A stretch of DNA of 64,000 nt, taken from NCBI GenBank assembly GCA_963682135.1, contig OY821645.1, positions 1,632,001 through 1,696,000 on the forward strand. The letters run 5' to 3'. Both the position numbers and the translations under genes were made by a program. Positions 1 through 9,456 of the stretch are shown one piece after another. Source of the DNA: Methanothrix sp. Its GTDB lineage: Archaea; Halobacteriota; Methanosarcinia; Methanotrichales; Methanotrichaceae. Below the pieces are notes generated by a model. That model saw nothing but the letters and a program-made list of their open reading frames with translations. It searched no databases and had not been told where the DNA came from. The first letter of the stretch is position 1. Each line of letters opens with the position of its first letter.

Positions 1-797
1 TCTGGTCCCGCATGGATATTCCTGCTTGCCATTGAATAATAAGGCCGCATATAGCCAATGCCTGCCGCATCTTCTACTGCTTTGAAGCCGCTTCCTTTTT
101 TAACCTCATTAGCCCAACCATATGGGTCCTCAAAATTTGAGCCAAATCGTTTGCACATTTCCTCTTTTTCGGCCTTCATCTCGGCTATTTTTTCCTCTGG
201 ATACGGTTTGAATCCTAAAAGCTCGCAATGCCTTTGATATTCCTTAACGCCTTTACAGCGTGCTATAATGTCATAGCAAAGATAGCGTTCTGCAAGACCA
301 TCTCCATGCTCGGCAATGAGCTTTGCGGTAGCATTTATTTCTTGGATTGAACGCCATCGAGCAATTGCACCATCTGGATATCCATTGAGCAGAAGCGTGA
401 ACACTTCTGATCCGATCAGGCAGCCCCTAGCATGAAGCTTGGCCAGAGCCTGATATAAATTCTGCTTTCCTTCGGGGATTTGCGGGCCAATGTCCCTTGA
501 TAACTTCGCTTGTGCTTCTATGCAACATGCCAGAAACACCTCAAATAAGTCAAATGCCCTTCCCCATATATTTCGGAGGCGAGCCTCAAAATTGTGCCTA
601 TTGTCTTGTCGTCCTTTGATTATTTCTGCAGCATCATTTTTAATTCCACGCATTGTTTGTTTTGCAAGAATATTCACTACTCCATTATAGAATGTAAGAA
701 ATTTATCTTCATATTCTCTATCGGAGATCTCTTCTAACGGTTTCCACTTTTCAAGTTCCTCTAAGAAAATTGCCATTAACTGTCCGTCTTCATCCAT
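1..797 (-). CDS. DUF5677-like protein, partial (runs off the window start)
   Basis: Manual translation from ATG at 797: MDEDGQLMAIFLEELEKW...LAKLHARGCLIGSEVFTLLLNGYPDGAIARWRSIQE..., which resembles the DUF5677 signature. Absent from the ORF track, consistent with no stop inside the window. Confidence 0.65.
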   Translation of the reverse strand, partial: MDEDGQLMAIFLEELEKWKPLEEISDREYEDKFLTFYNGVVNILAKQTMRGIKNDAAEIIKGRQDNRHNFEARLRNIWGRAFDLFEVFLACCIEAQAKLSRDIGPQIPEGKQNLYQALAKLHARGCLIGSEVFTLLLNGYPDGAIARWRSIQEINATAKLIAEHGDGLAERYLCYDIIARCKGVKEYQRHCELLGFKPYPEEKIAEMKAEKEEMCKRFGSNFEDPYGWANEVKKGSGFKAVEDAAGIGYMRPYYSMASRNIHAGP

Positions 798-992
798 GCT
801 CGATCACTCGTTTGGTATCGGTATTTCATATCCCCAATTGCGGTATGCAAGCTGAATAAGCTTCTTTTAATTATTTTAATTTTATATGAGTATAGATGTC
901 TATCGCTTCCCACCTGAAGTCGCCCCTAAGTTCCTGGATGAACTCGCGGAAGATCACAGGCGCACTGGTATTCGTCATCATATGATCCATCA

Positions 993-1114
993 ATCAAGTA
1001 CCCATCAAGTACCCACCGAGTTCAAGAAACTGCCAGAGATTATCGATTATCCAGGATTCTGATAACATCAGCACGCCCATTAATCCAGTTCCATCAAGTA
1101 CCAATCAAGTAATC
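993..1114. repeat. Two pairs of 11-bp tandem repeats (ATCAAGTACCC-like)
   Basis: atcaagtaccc x2 at 993-1014; atcaagtacca/atcaagtaatc at 1093-1114. Confidence 0.6.
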
Positions 1115-2556
1115 GTGTCTCTCGTTGGGTCGGCCCAGAAAGGAATATAGCGCATCAACTTTGGAGCCGCACCTGGGTCGTAAGGTAACACGAAGCCTGC
1201 TTCCACGGCTTCGCGTATGTAGCGCGAGGCAATCGCAATGTTTTTTTGTTCGATACCGAACCGCTCTCGGATAGAAGTGTTTGTCGTGTTTTCTCTGTTA
1301 ACGTAACGCAGGCAGGCGTGCAAATACACCGCTCTAATGCGGTCTGCTTTATCCATCTTTGTAAGCGGACGATGAGCAAACAGCACGACCCTGGTATTAT
1401 CGCATGTGGCCTCTGGCAATGGAGCCGGAAGCTGGTATAACTCCGTCTGAAACACTACCTTATCCCATCCACTGCCGCGCTCTTCACAAATTCCAAAGCG
1501 GCGCATGAGTGAGGCCAATGCCTCATTGCGCGACCGGGGTGGTGTGTCCACAAAACGATTTGTATCCACCAACGGTGCGCCGGGATTAGTGACCTCAATT
1601 CGGTCAGCAAAGATTTCTACCATCGGCCCTGCGCCTATGATAAAGAAATCCTGGTGGATGATTGCGTTAGCTACAAGTTCGCGCACTGCCAACTCAGGGA
1701 ACATCGGCACTTTCTTACGCAGAGCTTGTCCAATCAACTCATTGGATGGCAGCAAGCCATTGATATATTCAATAAGCCCTTCAAAACCACAAGCATAACC
1801 CTTCCCAAGGATATATTCCTTGATGGTTTCAATCCTATTGTTTCCCCTATACAGAATAACTCGCAAAGATTTGCGCCGAATTGCTGTAAAGCTATCTATC
1901 CTCTTTGCGAGCAAAATTGCGCCAAGGTTGGAAATATCCCAGCCGCCCGCTTCGCATGGTTCAATTAGCCGGTCATCGGCCAACGCTTCTAGAACCCCCA
2001 CACGACTCTCCGGCAAAGGACGTTTCAATAAGTCAAAATATGCCGGATAGTCCAACAGAGCAAGTACTTCCTCATCACTGATCCGCTCGGCAGCAACGCC
2101 GCTTTCGAACGGGGCTTTATCAAAAAGACGCCAGATTGCGCGCTCCTTCTCGGGAAAATCTTTGAGCCTCTTCTTATATGAACCAACACGGATGAACTCA
2201 TTTCCTTGGAATTGCACGGGTTGGCGGTAAGCGCGCTCAATCTCCAGCAACACCACAGGCAATCTATCAACCTGGATCTCGAAAAAACCGAAATGGATTC
2301 TCGGAGCCAACGCACGAAGCAGCCAATTTTCTAGCTCCTCATTACCGACTTTTGTGGTCCGCGGCGAAAACTGAGTGCCAACCACTGCATGATCATTATC
2401 ATTTAATCCCCAGATAAGGTATGCTGAGGCTTTGCCCACCAGTGCAGCCGAGTTTGACAGTGCGGATATATATTCGCCGATATCTTGCGGTTCGGCGTAA
2501 TTATGCTTGAACTCCGCCCACTCAGTCTCTTTAGGTAGCTTGGAAAGCTCTCGCAC
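1105..2556 (-). CDS. AlbA_2 (Schlafen-like) + HATPase_c_4 (RecG C-terminal-like) ATP-binding protein
   Basis: N-terminal ETEWAEFK...ISALSN; RELVANAIIHQDF, DRIEVTNPG, RNEALASLMRRFGICEERGSG motifs; HTH-like C-terminus. Confidence 0.85.
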   Translation of the reverse strand: MRELSKLPKETEWAEFKHNYAEPQDIGEYISALSNSAALVGKASAYLIWGLNDNDHAVVGTQFSPRTTKVGNEELENWLLRALAPRIHFGFFEIQVDRLPVVLLEIERAYRQPVQFQGNEFIRVGSYKKRLKDFPEKERAIWRLFDKAPFESGVAAERISDEEVLALLDYPAYFDLLKRPLPESRVGVLEALADDRLIEPCEAGGWDISNLGAILLAKRIDSFTAIRRKSLRVILYRGNNRIETIKEYILGKGYACGFEGLIEYINGLLPSNELIGQALRKKVPMFPELAVRELVANAIIHQDFFIIGAGPMVEIFADRIEVTNPGAPLVDTNRFVDTPPRSRNEALASLMRRFGICEERGSGWDKVVFQTELYQLPAPLPEATCDNTRVVLFAHRPLTKMDKADRIRAVYLHACLRYVNRENTTNTSIRERFGIEQKNIAIASRYIREAVEAGFVLPYDPGAAPKLMRYIPFWADPTRDTIT

Positions 2557-2705
2557 TAAGCCGACAACGTAATCAGTGCTTTGTTCAGCTCTAATGAATA
2601 TCCCTCAGGTAGTTTTCGAGACACTTGCCACTTTGGATTTGGCCATCTGCTTGCATCATTTGTCTGGAAGGTAATGTATTTTTCCTAATTTGGCTTATGA
2701 ATGCC

Positions 2706-3640
2706 CTAATAAATCCCCAACTGCAGTATACACGCCAGATAAGCCTCCTTCAACTCCTTCAAATCGATGTGGTTATACAGGTCGAATGCCTCTTTGCGGC
2801 TATCGCCCCTCAGCTCCTTAATGAACTCCCTTCACATTCCGGCCCGGAAGAGGTGAGTGCAGAACCAATGCCGGCATGCGTGGGGCGAAAAGTGGTCCTC
2901 AAGCCGCTCCGACTCTGGATTGTGTAGGCCTACGTTTTTAGCTGCTTCAGTCACAGCCCGATATACATCATTTCTGGAGATCCGATATCCCCATGTGCTC
3001 AGGAATAATGCATCCTCGTTCCGTCTGTTGATGCCTTCGCGCACTCTGAGCCATCGCCGGAGCAAATAGGCCACCTAATCATCCATGAATAACGTCCGGT
3101 TGCTTCTTTTGGCCGTGGGCTTGAGCCGGAGGGTATTTTCAACCAGGTTGACATCATCCACATCCAGGGAGAGCAGTTCACCGCGTCTCATCCCCGTCTT
3201 GAAGAACAATGCAGCATCGCTTTGCCCCTGATAGTTGGCGCAGCCTTGACCATCCGGCTGGCATCCTCGACACTGACGAGCTGCCGTGCGTGGCTATCCC
3301 CATTCTCTTTGTAACGTTTCAGGTAGCGTTTGCGGATGATCAGAACCGGATTTGATGAGATCATGCCCTCAAAGATCAGGTAATCATAGAAACTGGAAAG
3401 CGTGCTGAAATATCGCTCTATGGTCTTCTGTGATGCTCCTCGGTCCCTTCGCATGTGGCCTATGAAGCCCTTTAATGGCTCCTTGTCTTCCTGGTCGATC
3501 TCAGCACCGCGCTCGGCCATGTACGCCTTGAAGATATGCAAGACCGATTTGTAGCGAATGATAGAGTCCGGAGTCATGCCGCGAACTTCGCAGTCCTGCA
3601 GGTAGCTTTCTATCAGATCATCGGCCATCATACGACCCAA
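2706..3640 (-). pseudogene. Tyrosine recombinase/integrase (XerC/D-like), disrupted
   Basis: SAM-like N-domain (3188-3640), frameshift near 3210 before KTGMRRGELL, in-frame TAG at 3075-3077 and TGA at 2832-2834. HACRH and ELRGD...LYNH catalytic region continues to TAG at 2706. Confidence 0.85.
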
Positions 3641-4137
3641 TGTATGTTATTATTCTCTGCCCTAATCATGCCAAAGAGCTTCAGGGTCTCCAGTTGGCCA
3701 TCAATGGCCTTGATCAGGTCTTTTTCCATCAAATCAATCCCGAGGGACTCAAGTAGCTGGAATCTGTCCACACTACCGCGCGCCTTGAGGACTTGAACAA
3801 GATCCCCACTGAGCCCTCGCATACCTGCAAAATTCGTCTCAATCCACGGTGCTGCACGATAACGTTTTAGTTCGGACTCATATCGCTCGATAAGTATGTT
3901 CTTTCTCTGGAGATCTTCCCGCAGAGTCTTGATTTCGTTTTTCAAGCCATCCAGATCACGCACGTGGCGCGGTGCCAGCTCTTCTTTCTCATCAATAACA
4001 CCGTCCACTATCGATATGATGAACTTCGAAAGGGATGTATGGGCCTTTGCTGCTAGCTTTTCCCATCTCTCCTTATGTGGCCTTGATGGATGATAGACGT
4101 AAGTATAACGGGTTATATCGGGAATTGGGTTTGTCAT
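3628..4137 (-). CDS. Integrase-associated protein (N-terminal RHH-like segment, coiled coil, C-terminal winged-helix-like segment)
   Basis: YVYHPS...KERWEKLAAKAHTSLSKFIISIV resembles a ribbon-helix-helix; heptad-rich middle; overlaps the integrase start. Confidence 0.65.
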   Translation of the reverse strand: MTNPIPDITRYTYVYHPSRPHKERWEKLAAKAHTSLSKFIISIVDGVIDEKEELAPRHVRDLDGLKNEIKTLREDLQRKNILIERYESELKRYRAAPWIETNFAGMRGLSGDLVQVLKARGSVDRFQLLESLGIDLMEKDLIKAIDGQLETLKLFGMIRAENNNIHWVV

Positions 4138-4761
4138 CGCTGTCTAGATAAACGCTATCATCTAAAGCATTTACTGAGTAGAAAATAGATCTATTCCTGA
4201 CGGGAGCATATTAGATGTTGTTGGACTACTGCTAAAAATATCGCACTTGCAGGAGTTCGCGGACGGCAATCTCTTACTCCAGAGGGAAAACGTCCCAAAG
4301 ATAGCGATTTTTTGAAGTTCGTCTCTCTTCAAGTTGTTAAAGATTATTCGATCGACTGAAATTGACCGACAGGTATATAGACTAAAGTGCACCTCGTTAA
4401 TAGGCTTCATTTGCATTGATTCAAAAAATTTGTTGAGATGTTTTTGAGAGCGCGATCGATTCTTTGAAATCGATAAAAAAGGATACATGGAATTAATGAG
4501 ATTTGGAAATGGCAGAGACGGCTTGAATAAGGCCTGCATATTCCCAGGAATGCTTGCTAAATACACAGGCAATATTAAAAGGATTTGATCATAATATTAT
4601 CTTCATTTCGTTTTAACGAAGTAGCATTCTTCTCCCAGCCTCTGCAACCGGTTGAAGTATCTCTTTGCATTAAGATGCCATCAACCAGTTTCTTTTCGGA
4701 TCCGCATCAAAGGACTTCAACCAAATCCAAGATCAGCACTTAGAAATATTTAGAGGCAAGA

Positions 4762-6027
4762 ATGTCATTTGGAAATTTGAATATCATAGATCCGCTTTGC
4801 CGAGCACTGGCCAAGGAAGGATACACCGCACCGACTCCCATTCAGACCCTGGCCATACCCCATCTCTTGAATGGAAAAGACCTGATGGGCATCGCTCAGA
4901 CCGGCACAGGCAAGACCGCAGCATTTGTGCTGCCCATATTGCAGAAGATATCGGAACAGCGCAAGGCCGCTCAGCCCGGAGTTCCGCGCGCTCTGATTAT
5001 TGCACCTACTAGAGAGCTGGCCGCACAGATCGACCAGAGCTTTGCTACCTACGGCCAGTTTCTGCGCTTTAGGCATACGGTCATATTCGGCGGCGTGCGG
5101 CAAGGACCTCAGGTCAAAATGCTCTCTCAAGGCGTCGATGTCCTGGTTGCCACACCCGGCCGGCTGCTCGATCTGATGAATCAGGGCTATGTTATGCTGA
5201 AGGGCGTGGAGTTCTTCGTCCTGGACGAGATCGATCGAATGCTGGACATGGGTTTCATCAAGGACATGCGCCGAATAGTCACAGCACTGCCCCAAAAGCA
5301 TCAATCGCTTTTCTTCTCGGCCACCGTGTCTCGCGAGACGGGCGAGTTTGCAGAAAAGCTTCTCACTGATCCCGTACGCATCGAGGCTACACCCCAGGCC
5401 AGTACTCTCGAGTGCATCAAGCAGAGTGTCTTTTTCGTGGATCAGAACAACAAGTTTCCGCTATTGCAGAAGCTCATCAGAGATGAAGACATGGAGCGCG
5501 TCTTGATCTTCTCCCGGACCAAGCACCGGGCAGATAAGATCGCGCAGGCGCTGAGCAAGAGCAGGATCAACGCTGATGCCATTCACGGCAACAAGTCGCA
5601 AAACCAGCGCACTAAAGCCATGCATGATTTCAAATCGGGCCGCTTGCGGGTACTTGTGGCAACCGATATCGCAGCAAGGGGAATTGATGTTGACGACATT
5701 TCCCACGTGATCAACTTCGATCTGCCCAATGAGCCGGAGTGCTATGTCCATCGCATCGGTCGCACAGGGCGCGCCGGAGCAGATGGCAAAGCATATTCGT
5801 TTTGCGCTGCAGATGAACGCAATATCCTGCGCAGCATTGAGCGGTTGACACGCACCAAAGCAGAGGTCGTGGATCACCAGTACCATTCCGAAACGGCCAA
5901 GATGGCTGTGGGAGCTGCCGCCGAGTCGGCCAATCCCTATCGATCCAGGGGGACGACAAGAGGTTCCCGACAGGAGGGCGGCCATAAATCAGCTCCCAGA
6001 AAACCGTACCCAGTCAGACGACGCTAG
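4762..6027 (+). CDS. DEAD/DEAH-box RNA helicase (RhlE-like)
   Basis: Q motif PTPIQ, AQTGTGKT, PTRELA, TPGRL, DEID, SAT, ARGID, HRIGRTGRAG. Confidence 0.95.
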   Translation: MSFGNLNIIDPLCRALAKEGYTAPTPIQTLAIPHLLNGKDLMGIAQTGTGKTAAFVLPILQKISEQRKAAQPGVPRALIIAPTRELAAQIDQSFATYGQFLRFRHTVIFGGVRQGPQVKMLSQGVDVLVATPGRLLDLMNQGYVMLKGVEFFVLDEIDRMLDMGFIKDMRRIVTALPQKHQSLFFSATVSRETGEFAEKLLTDPVRIEATPQASTLECIKQSVFFVDQNNKFPLLQKLIRDEDMERVLIFSRTKHRADKIAQALSKSRINADAIHGNKSQNQRTKAMHDFKSGRLRVLVATDIAARGIDVDDISHVINFDLPNEPECYVHRIGRTGRAGADGKAYSFCAADERNILRSIERLTRTKAEVVDHQYHSETAKMAVGAAAESANPYRSRGTTRGSRQEGGHKSAPRKPYPVRRR

Positions 6028-6141
6028 TTGCGAGAAAGGCTGAAAAGTCTAAAGGTGAGGCTATTTCATGTTGAAAATAGCCGACTATTTTTTATTTAAC
6101 AATTTGGCAGCTGGTATACTCACGGAAACGTTTACTTATTT

Positions 6142-6156
6142 ATACCATAGTATTTA
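6142..6156. promoter_or_regulatory. Putative operator ATAC-N4-GTAT upstream of the cupin gene
   Basis: ATACCATAGTATTTA matches the reverse complement of 7393-7407 at 14 of 15 positions. Confidence 0.5.
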
Positions 6157-6199
6157 TTATCGTAAGAATATCTCTATAATCTAATGGAGTAAGATTACG

Positions 6200-6538
6200 A
6201 TGAAAGTTTTGCAGCTAAGAGACGTGGTGAGCATGCCCAATCCCCACGGAGTGGATGCCAGGAGCCTCAGCGACAGAGAGAATGCCCAGGTAGCGCACAT
6301 CACCTTGCAGCCGGGACAGTCCCTGAAAAAGCATATCACTCCCGTGGATGTGGTCTTCTACGTTCTGGAAGGCCAGGGAGTGGTGGAGATCGGAGAGGAG
6401 AGAGCTGTTGTAAAAGCAGATACGCTGATCGAAAGCCCGGCTAAAATTGCCCATCGCTGGCTCAACGAGAGCACTGGGACGCTACGCATATTGGTGATAA
6501 AGACGCCCCGGCCCAGAGAAGCCACCAAAATGCTGTGA
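6200..6538 (+). CDS. Cupin domain protein
   Basis: HITPVDVVFYVLEGQG...ESPAKIAH cupin motifs 1 and 2. Confidence 0.9.
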   Translation: MKVLQLRDVVSMPNPHGVDARSLSDRENAQVAHITLQPGQSLKKHITPVDVVFYVLEGQGVVEIGEERAVVKADTLIESPAKIAHRWLNESTGTLRILVIKTPRPREATKML

Positions 6539-6551
6539 GAAGTGACTTACC

Positions 6552-6989
6552 ATGTCGATAGATGAGAACAAAGCCCTCGTTCGCCGCTTCTTTGACCAGG
6601 GTCCCTCCCGTGGTGACTTGAGGGCGGCGGATGAGCTGCTGGCCAATGACTTTGCCCTGCACGTGCCGCTTGCCTGCTCGCCGGGCGTCCAGGGAATGAA
6701 TGAGGTGATCACTGCCTGCCGGGCTGCTTTTGAGCATCTCGATGTTACGATCGAAGATATGCTGGCTGATGGGGATAGGGTCGCTGCCCGCTTCACCGCG
6801 CGGGGCATTCACAAGGGCGCTTTTATGGGCCTGCCTGCCACCGGCAAGAGCATAACCATGACGGGCATTGAGATCTTTCGTATCGAGAACCGCAAGATTG
6901 CTGAGCTCTGGGGCGAGGCCGATCTTCTGGGGCTGATGCAGCAATTGGGAATCTTGCCGCCTTTGGTGGAGCAAACTGAAAAGGGATAA
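6552..6989 (+). CDS. SnoaL-like ester cyclase (NTF2 fold)
   Basis: ENKALVRRFF...IEDMLADGDRVAARFTARGIHKGAFMGLPATGK. Confidence 0.9.
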   Translation: MSIDENKALVRRFFDQGPSRGDLRAADELLANDFALHVPLACSPGVQGMNEVITACRAAFEHLDVTIEDMLADGDRVAARFTARGIHKGAFMGLPATGKSITMTGIEIFRIENRKIAELWGEADLLGLMQQLGILPPLVEQTEKG

Positions 6990-7006
6990 GCGATTCGGGC
7001 ATCACC

Positions 7007-7366
7007 TCACAGCACGCACTGTTGGCAGTCCTGGCATTCGCATTTGATGTTGGTAATCTTCCATTTCAGCGCCCATTGCTTCATATCCTTGACAATGTCT
7101 ATGATCTCAAGACCGCTCTCTGTGAGGATGTACTCGCTCTTCACGGGAAAGAGGGTGCTGTCCACTCTGTTCACCACCAGTCCTTCTTTTTCCAGCTCCC
7201 GCAGGCGCGCCGATAGCACCTTCTGGGTGATGCCGAAAAGGCAGTTTTTCAGCTCGGAAAAGCGCCTGGTGTGCCCTTCTCCCTTGTAAAGCTCCAGGAG
7301 AATGAGCAGTGTCCATTTTCGGGCGATGTACTTGACGGTCAGGTTTACAGTGCATCCTTCTTGCAT
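7007..7366 (-). CDS. HxlR-family winged-helix regulator with Cys-rich tail
   Basis: GCTV...KWTLLILLEL...RRFSELK...ITQKVLSARLRELEKEGLV...EYILTESG; C-terminal CECQDCQQC. Start taken at ATG 7366. Confidence 0.9.
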   Translation of the reverse strand: MQEGCTVNLTVKYIARKWTLLILLELYKGEGHTRRFSELKNCLFGITQKVLSARLRELEKEGLVVNRVDSTLFPVKSEYILTESGLEIIDIVKDMKQWALKWKITNIKCECQDCQQCVL

Positions 7367-7392
7367 GGTATCTTTGCAGAAACGCTCTAGGC

Positions 7393-7407
7393 TAAATACT
7401 TTGGTAT
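7393..7407. promoter_or_regulatory. Putative operator ATAC-N4-GTAT in the hxlR/hcp divergent promoter
   Basis: TAAATACTTTGGTAT with palindromic core; partial third copy ATACCATAG near 7414. Confidence 0.5.
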
Positions 7408-7437
7408 CTATTGTATACCATAGAAGAGGAAATAAAA

Positions 7438-8748
7438 ATGACAGCAATTGAGAAACCGGATATGTTCTGCTACCAGTGCTCCCAGACTGCAGGAGGCACT
7501 GGATGTACCATCAAAGGAGTCTGTGGAAAGGAAGCAATCGTAGCCCGTCTGCAAGACAACCTGCTCTTTGCCATCAAAGGCATCAGCGCCTATCTTTACC
7601 ATGCCCGGGAATTGGGCTACACCGATCCGGAGGTAGATGCTTTTATCGAGCGGGGCTTCTTCTCGACTCTTACTAATGTCAACTTCGATCCTCAGGAATT
7701 TCTCAGCCTGGCGGTGGAAGCTGGCAAGATGAACATCAAGACCATGCAGCTGCTCAAAAAAGCGCATATCGAGACCTTTGGCGAGCCAACCCCAACGCAG
7801 GTTCGCACCGGCACAGTCAAGGGCCACGGCATTCTGGTTACCGGCCACGATCTGCATGCTCTTGCCAGGCTCCTGAGCCAGGTAGAGGGCACAGACGTAT
7901 TTGTGTATACCCACTCAGAAATGCTGCCCGCTCATGGCTATCCAGGCTTGCGAAAGTACAGGAACCTGGCAGGAAACCTGGGAAAAGCCTGGTTCGACCA
8001 GAGAAAGCTCTTCACTCAGTATCCCATGGCTCTGCTGGGAACTTCCAACTGCTTCTTGATCCCCAAAGAGGAGTACAAAGATCGCATGTTCACGGGCGGA
8101 CCGGTTTACCTGCCAGGGGTAAAGCACATCGATGGATACGACTACTCTGAGGTGATCGCCATGGCCCGCTCGCTGCCCGCGCTGCCGGACGCGCCCGGCG
8201 ATTATGTGCTCACCACCGGCTTTTCCACCTCTGCGCTGCTCGCGCATGCCGCCAAGATCAAGCAGTTGGTTGAGCAGGGAAAGATCAAGAGATTCTTCCT
8301 GGTGGGCGGCTGTGATGCGCCCCTAAAAAAGTCGGACTATTACCGGGAGTTCGTGCAAAAGTTGCCTAAGGACACTGTGGTTCTCACCCTGGCTTGCGGC
8401 AAGTTCCGCTTCAACGACCTGGACCTGGGCAACATCGAGGGCATTCCCCGGCTTATCGATCTAGGCCAATGCAATGATGCTATCGTGGCCCTGGAGGTAG
8501 CCCAGGCCCTGGCAGGACTATTTGGCGTGGGCGTGAACGATCTGCCCCTCACATTGGTGGTAAGCTGGATGGAGCAAAAGGCGGTGGCCATTCTCTGGTC
8601 CTTGCTGGCGTTGGGAATCAAGGGCATCTACCTGGGGCCCATTGTGCCCGGCTGGATCAATGCGGATATGCTCAAGATACTGATTGACAAATACGAGATC
8701 AAGCTGATCAGCACACCGGATGAGGATATCAGGAAAATGATGGGATAG
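7438..8748 (+). CDS. hcp: Hydroxylamine reductase / hybrid cluster protein (short form)
   Basis: MFCYQCSQT...[52 protein letters not shown]. Confidence 0.95.
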   Translation: MTAIEKPDMFCYQCSQTAGGTGCTIKGVCGKEAIVARLQDNLLFAIKGISAYLYHARELGYTDPEVDAFIERGFFSTLTNVNFDPQEFLSLAVEAGKMNIKTMQLLKKAHIETFGEPTPTQVRTGTVKGHGILVTGHDLHALARLLSQVEGTDVFVYTHSEMLPAHGYPGLRKYRNLAGNLGKAWFDQRKLFTQYPMALLGTSNCFLIPKEEYKDRMFTGGPVYLPGVKHIDGYDYSEVIAMARSLPALPDAPGDYVLTTGFSTSALLAHAAKIKQLVEQGKIKRFFLVGGCDAPLKKSDYYREFVQKLPKDTVVLTLACGKFRFNDLDLGNIEGIPRLIDLGQCNDAIVALEVAQALAGLFGVGVNDLPLTLVVSWMEQKAVAILWSLLALGIKGIYLGPIVPGWINADMLKILIDKYEIKLISTPDEDIRKMMG

Positions 8749-8909
8749 AGAGCGCTGGTGCATGCTCAACTCATTTATTTTTTAGTATTATTCATATTAT
8801 CACAACAGCCCGCTAGGCTTCGCAAAGTCATCCCTTCGTATCAGCGTCTACCTAATACAAAGGATGAAATATAGGTTGCACATATTTTCTTCTTGGAGGG
8901 AGAAATTAT

Positions 8910-9137
8910 ATGGAAACACAGACTCTAATTAACAAGTACCCACTTATCGGTAGAACAATTACGGCAAATACTTTAGATGGAAAAACAATCACGGGCAAAC
9001 TCACAGAAGTTGAATCGAATTGGCTCACGATAATGGATGAGACAAAGTTATTCTTTGTGGCCCACTCTGCCATTGCATGTTTGTCAGCTGATAATATTGG
9101 CTTAAAAATCTTGCCCCAGACACCTCTTAAAAAATAG
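8910..9137 (+). CDS. Small Sm/Hfq-like fold protein (putative)
   Basis: SD-like GGAGGGAG upstream; LIGRTITANTLDGKTITGKLTEVESNWLTI (Sm1-like) followed by FFVAHSAIACL (Sm2-like). Confidence 0.55.
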   Translation: METQTLINKYPLIGRTITANTLDGKTITGKLTEVESNWLTIMDETKLFFVAHSAIACLSADNIGLKILPQTPLKK

Positions 9138-9456
9138 GAGACATAATCCTCATCCATTTTAAGAGACTTCCAGGGCATAAAATATATATGTGACTGCCTC
9201 ACCACATCCCTGAGGCCAAAGGCTCAACAATTAACCCCGCCCAATTGAACACATTCAGCCACCACAATCGTCTATATCTTTCAAAGGCACCAATAAATAA
9301 GACGGAGAAGATGGTGACCTCTATGATAAGAGGCTCTGGCTGAATTGAGATGTCACCTGGCTCTAAATTTTTCTTGATGTTTCTTCTGCATCTTTGCTTC
9401 GCAGGCCGGCGCGCAAGAGTTATAAAATTATGCAGACTGGCGCCGGACGGGCGTCC

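Noticed and set aside
3075-3077. In-frame TAG in the integrase as possible pyrrolysine readthrough
   Set aside because: The same gene also has a frameshift and an in-frame TGA, so pseudogenisation is the simpler explanation.
4171-4572. 133-aa minus-strand ORF
   Set aside because: Atypical composition, no motif or clear translation signals; probably non-coding island flank.
5224-5235. DEID instead of DEAD in the helicase
   Set aside because: Within normal DExD variation; all other motifs are intact.
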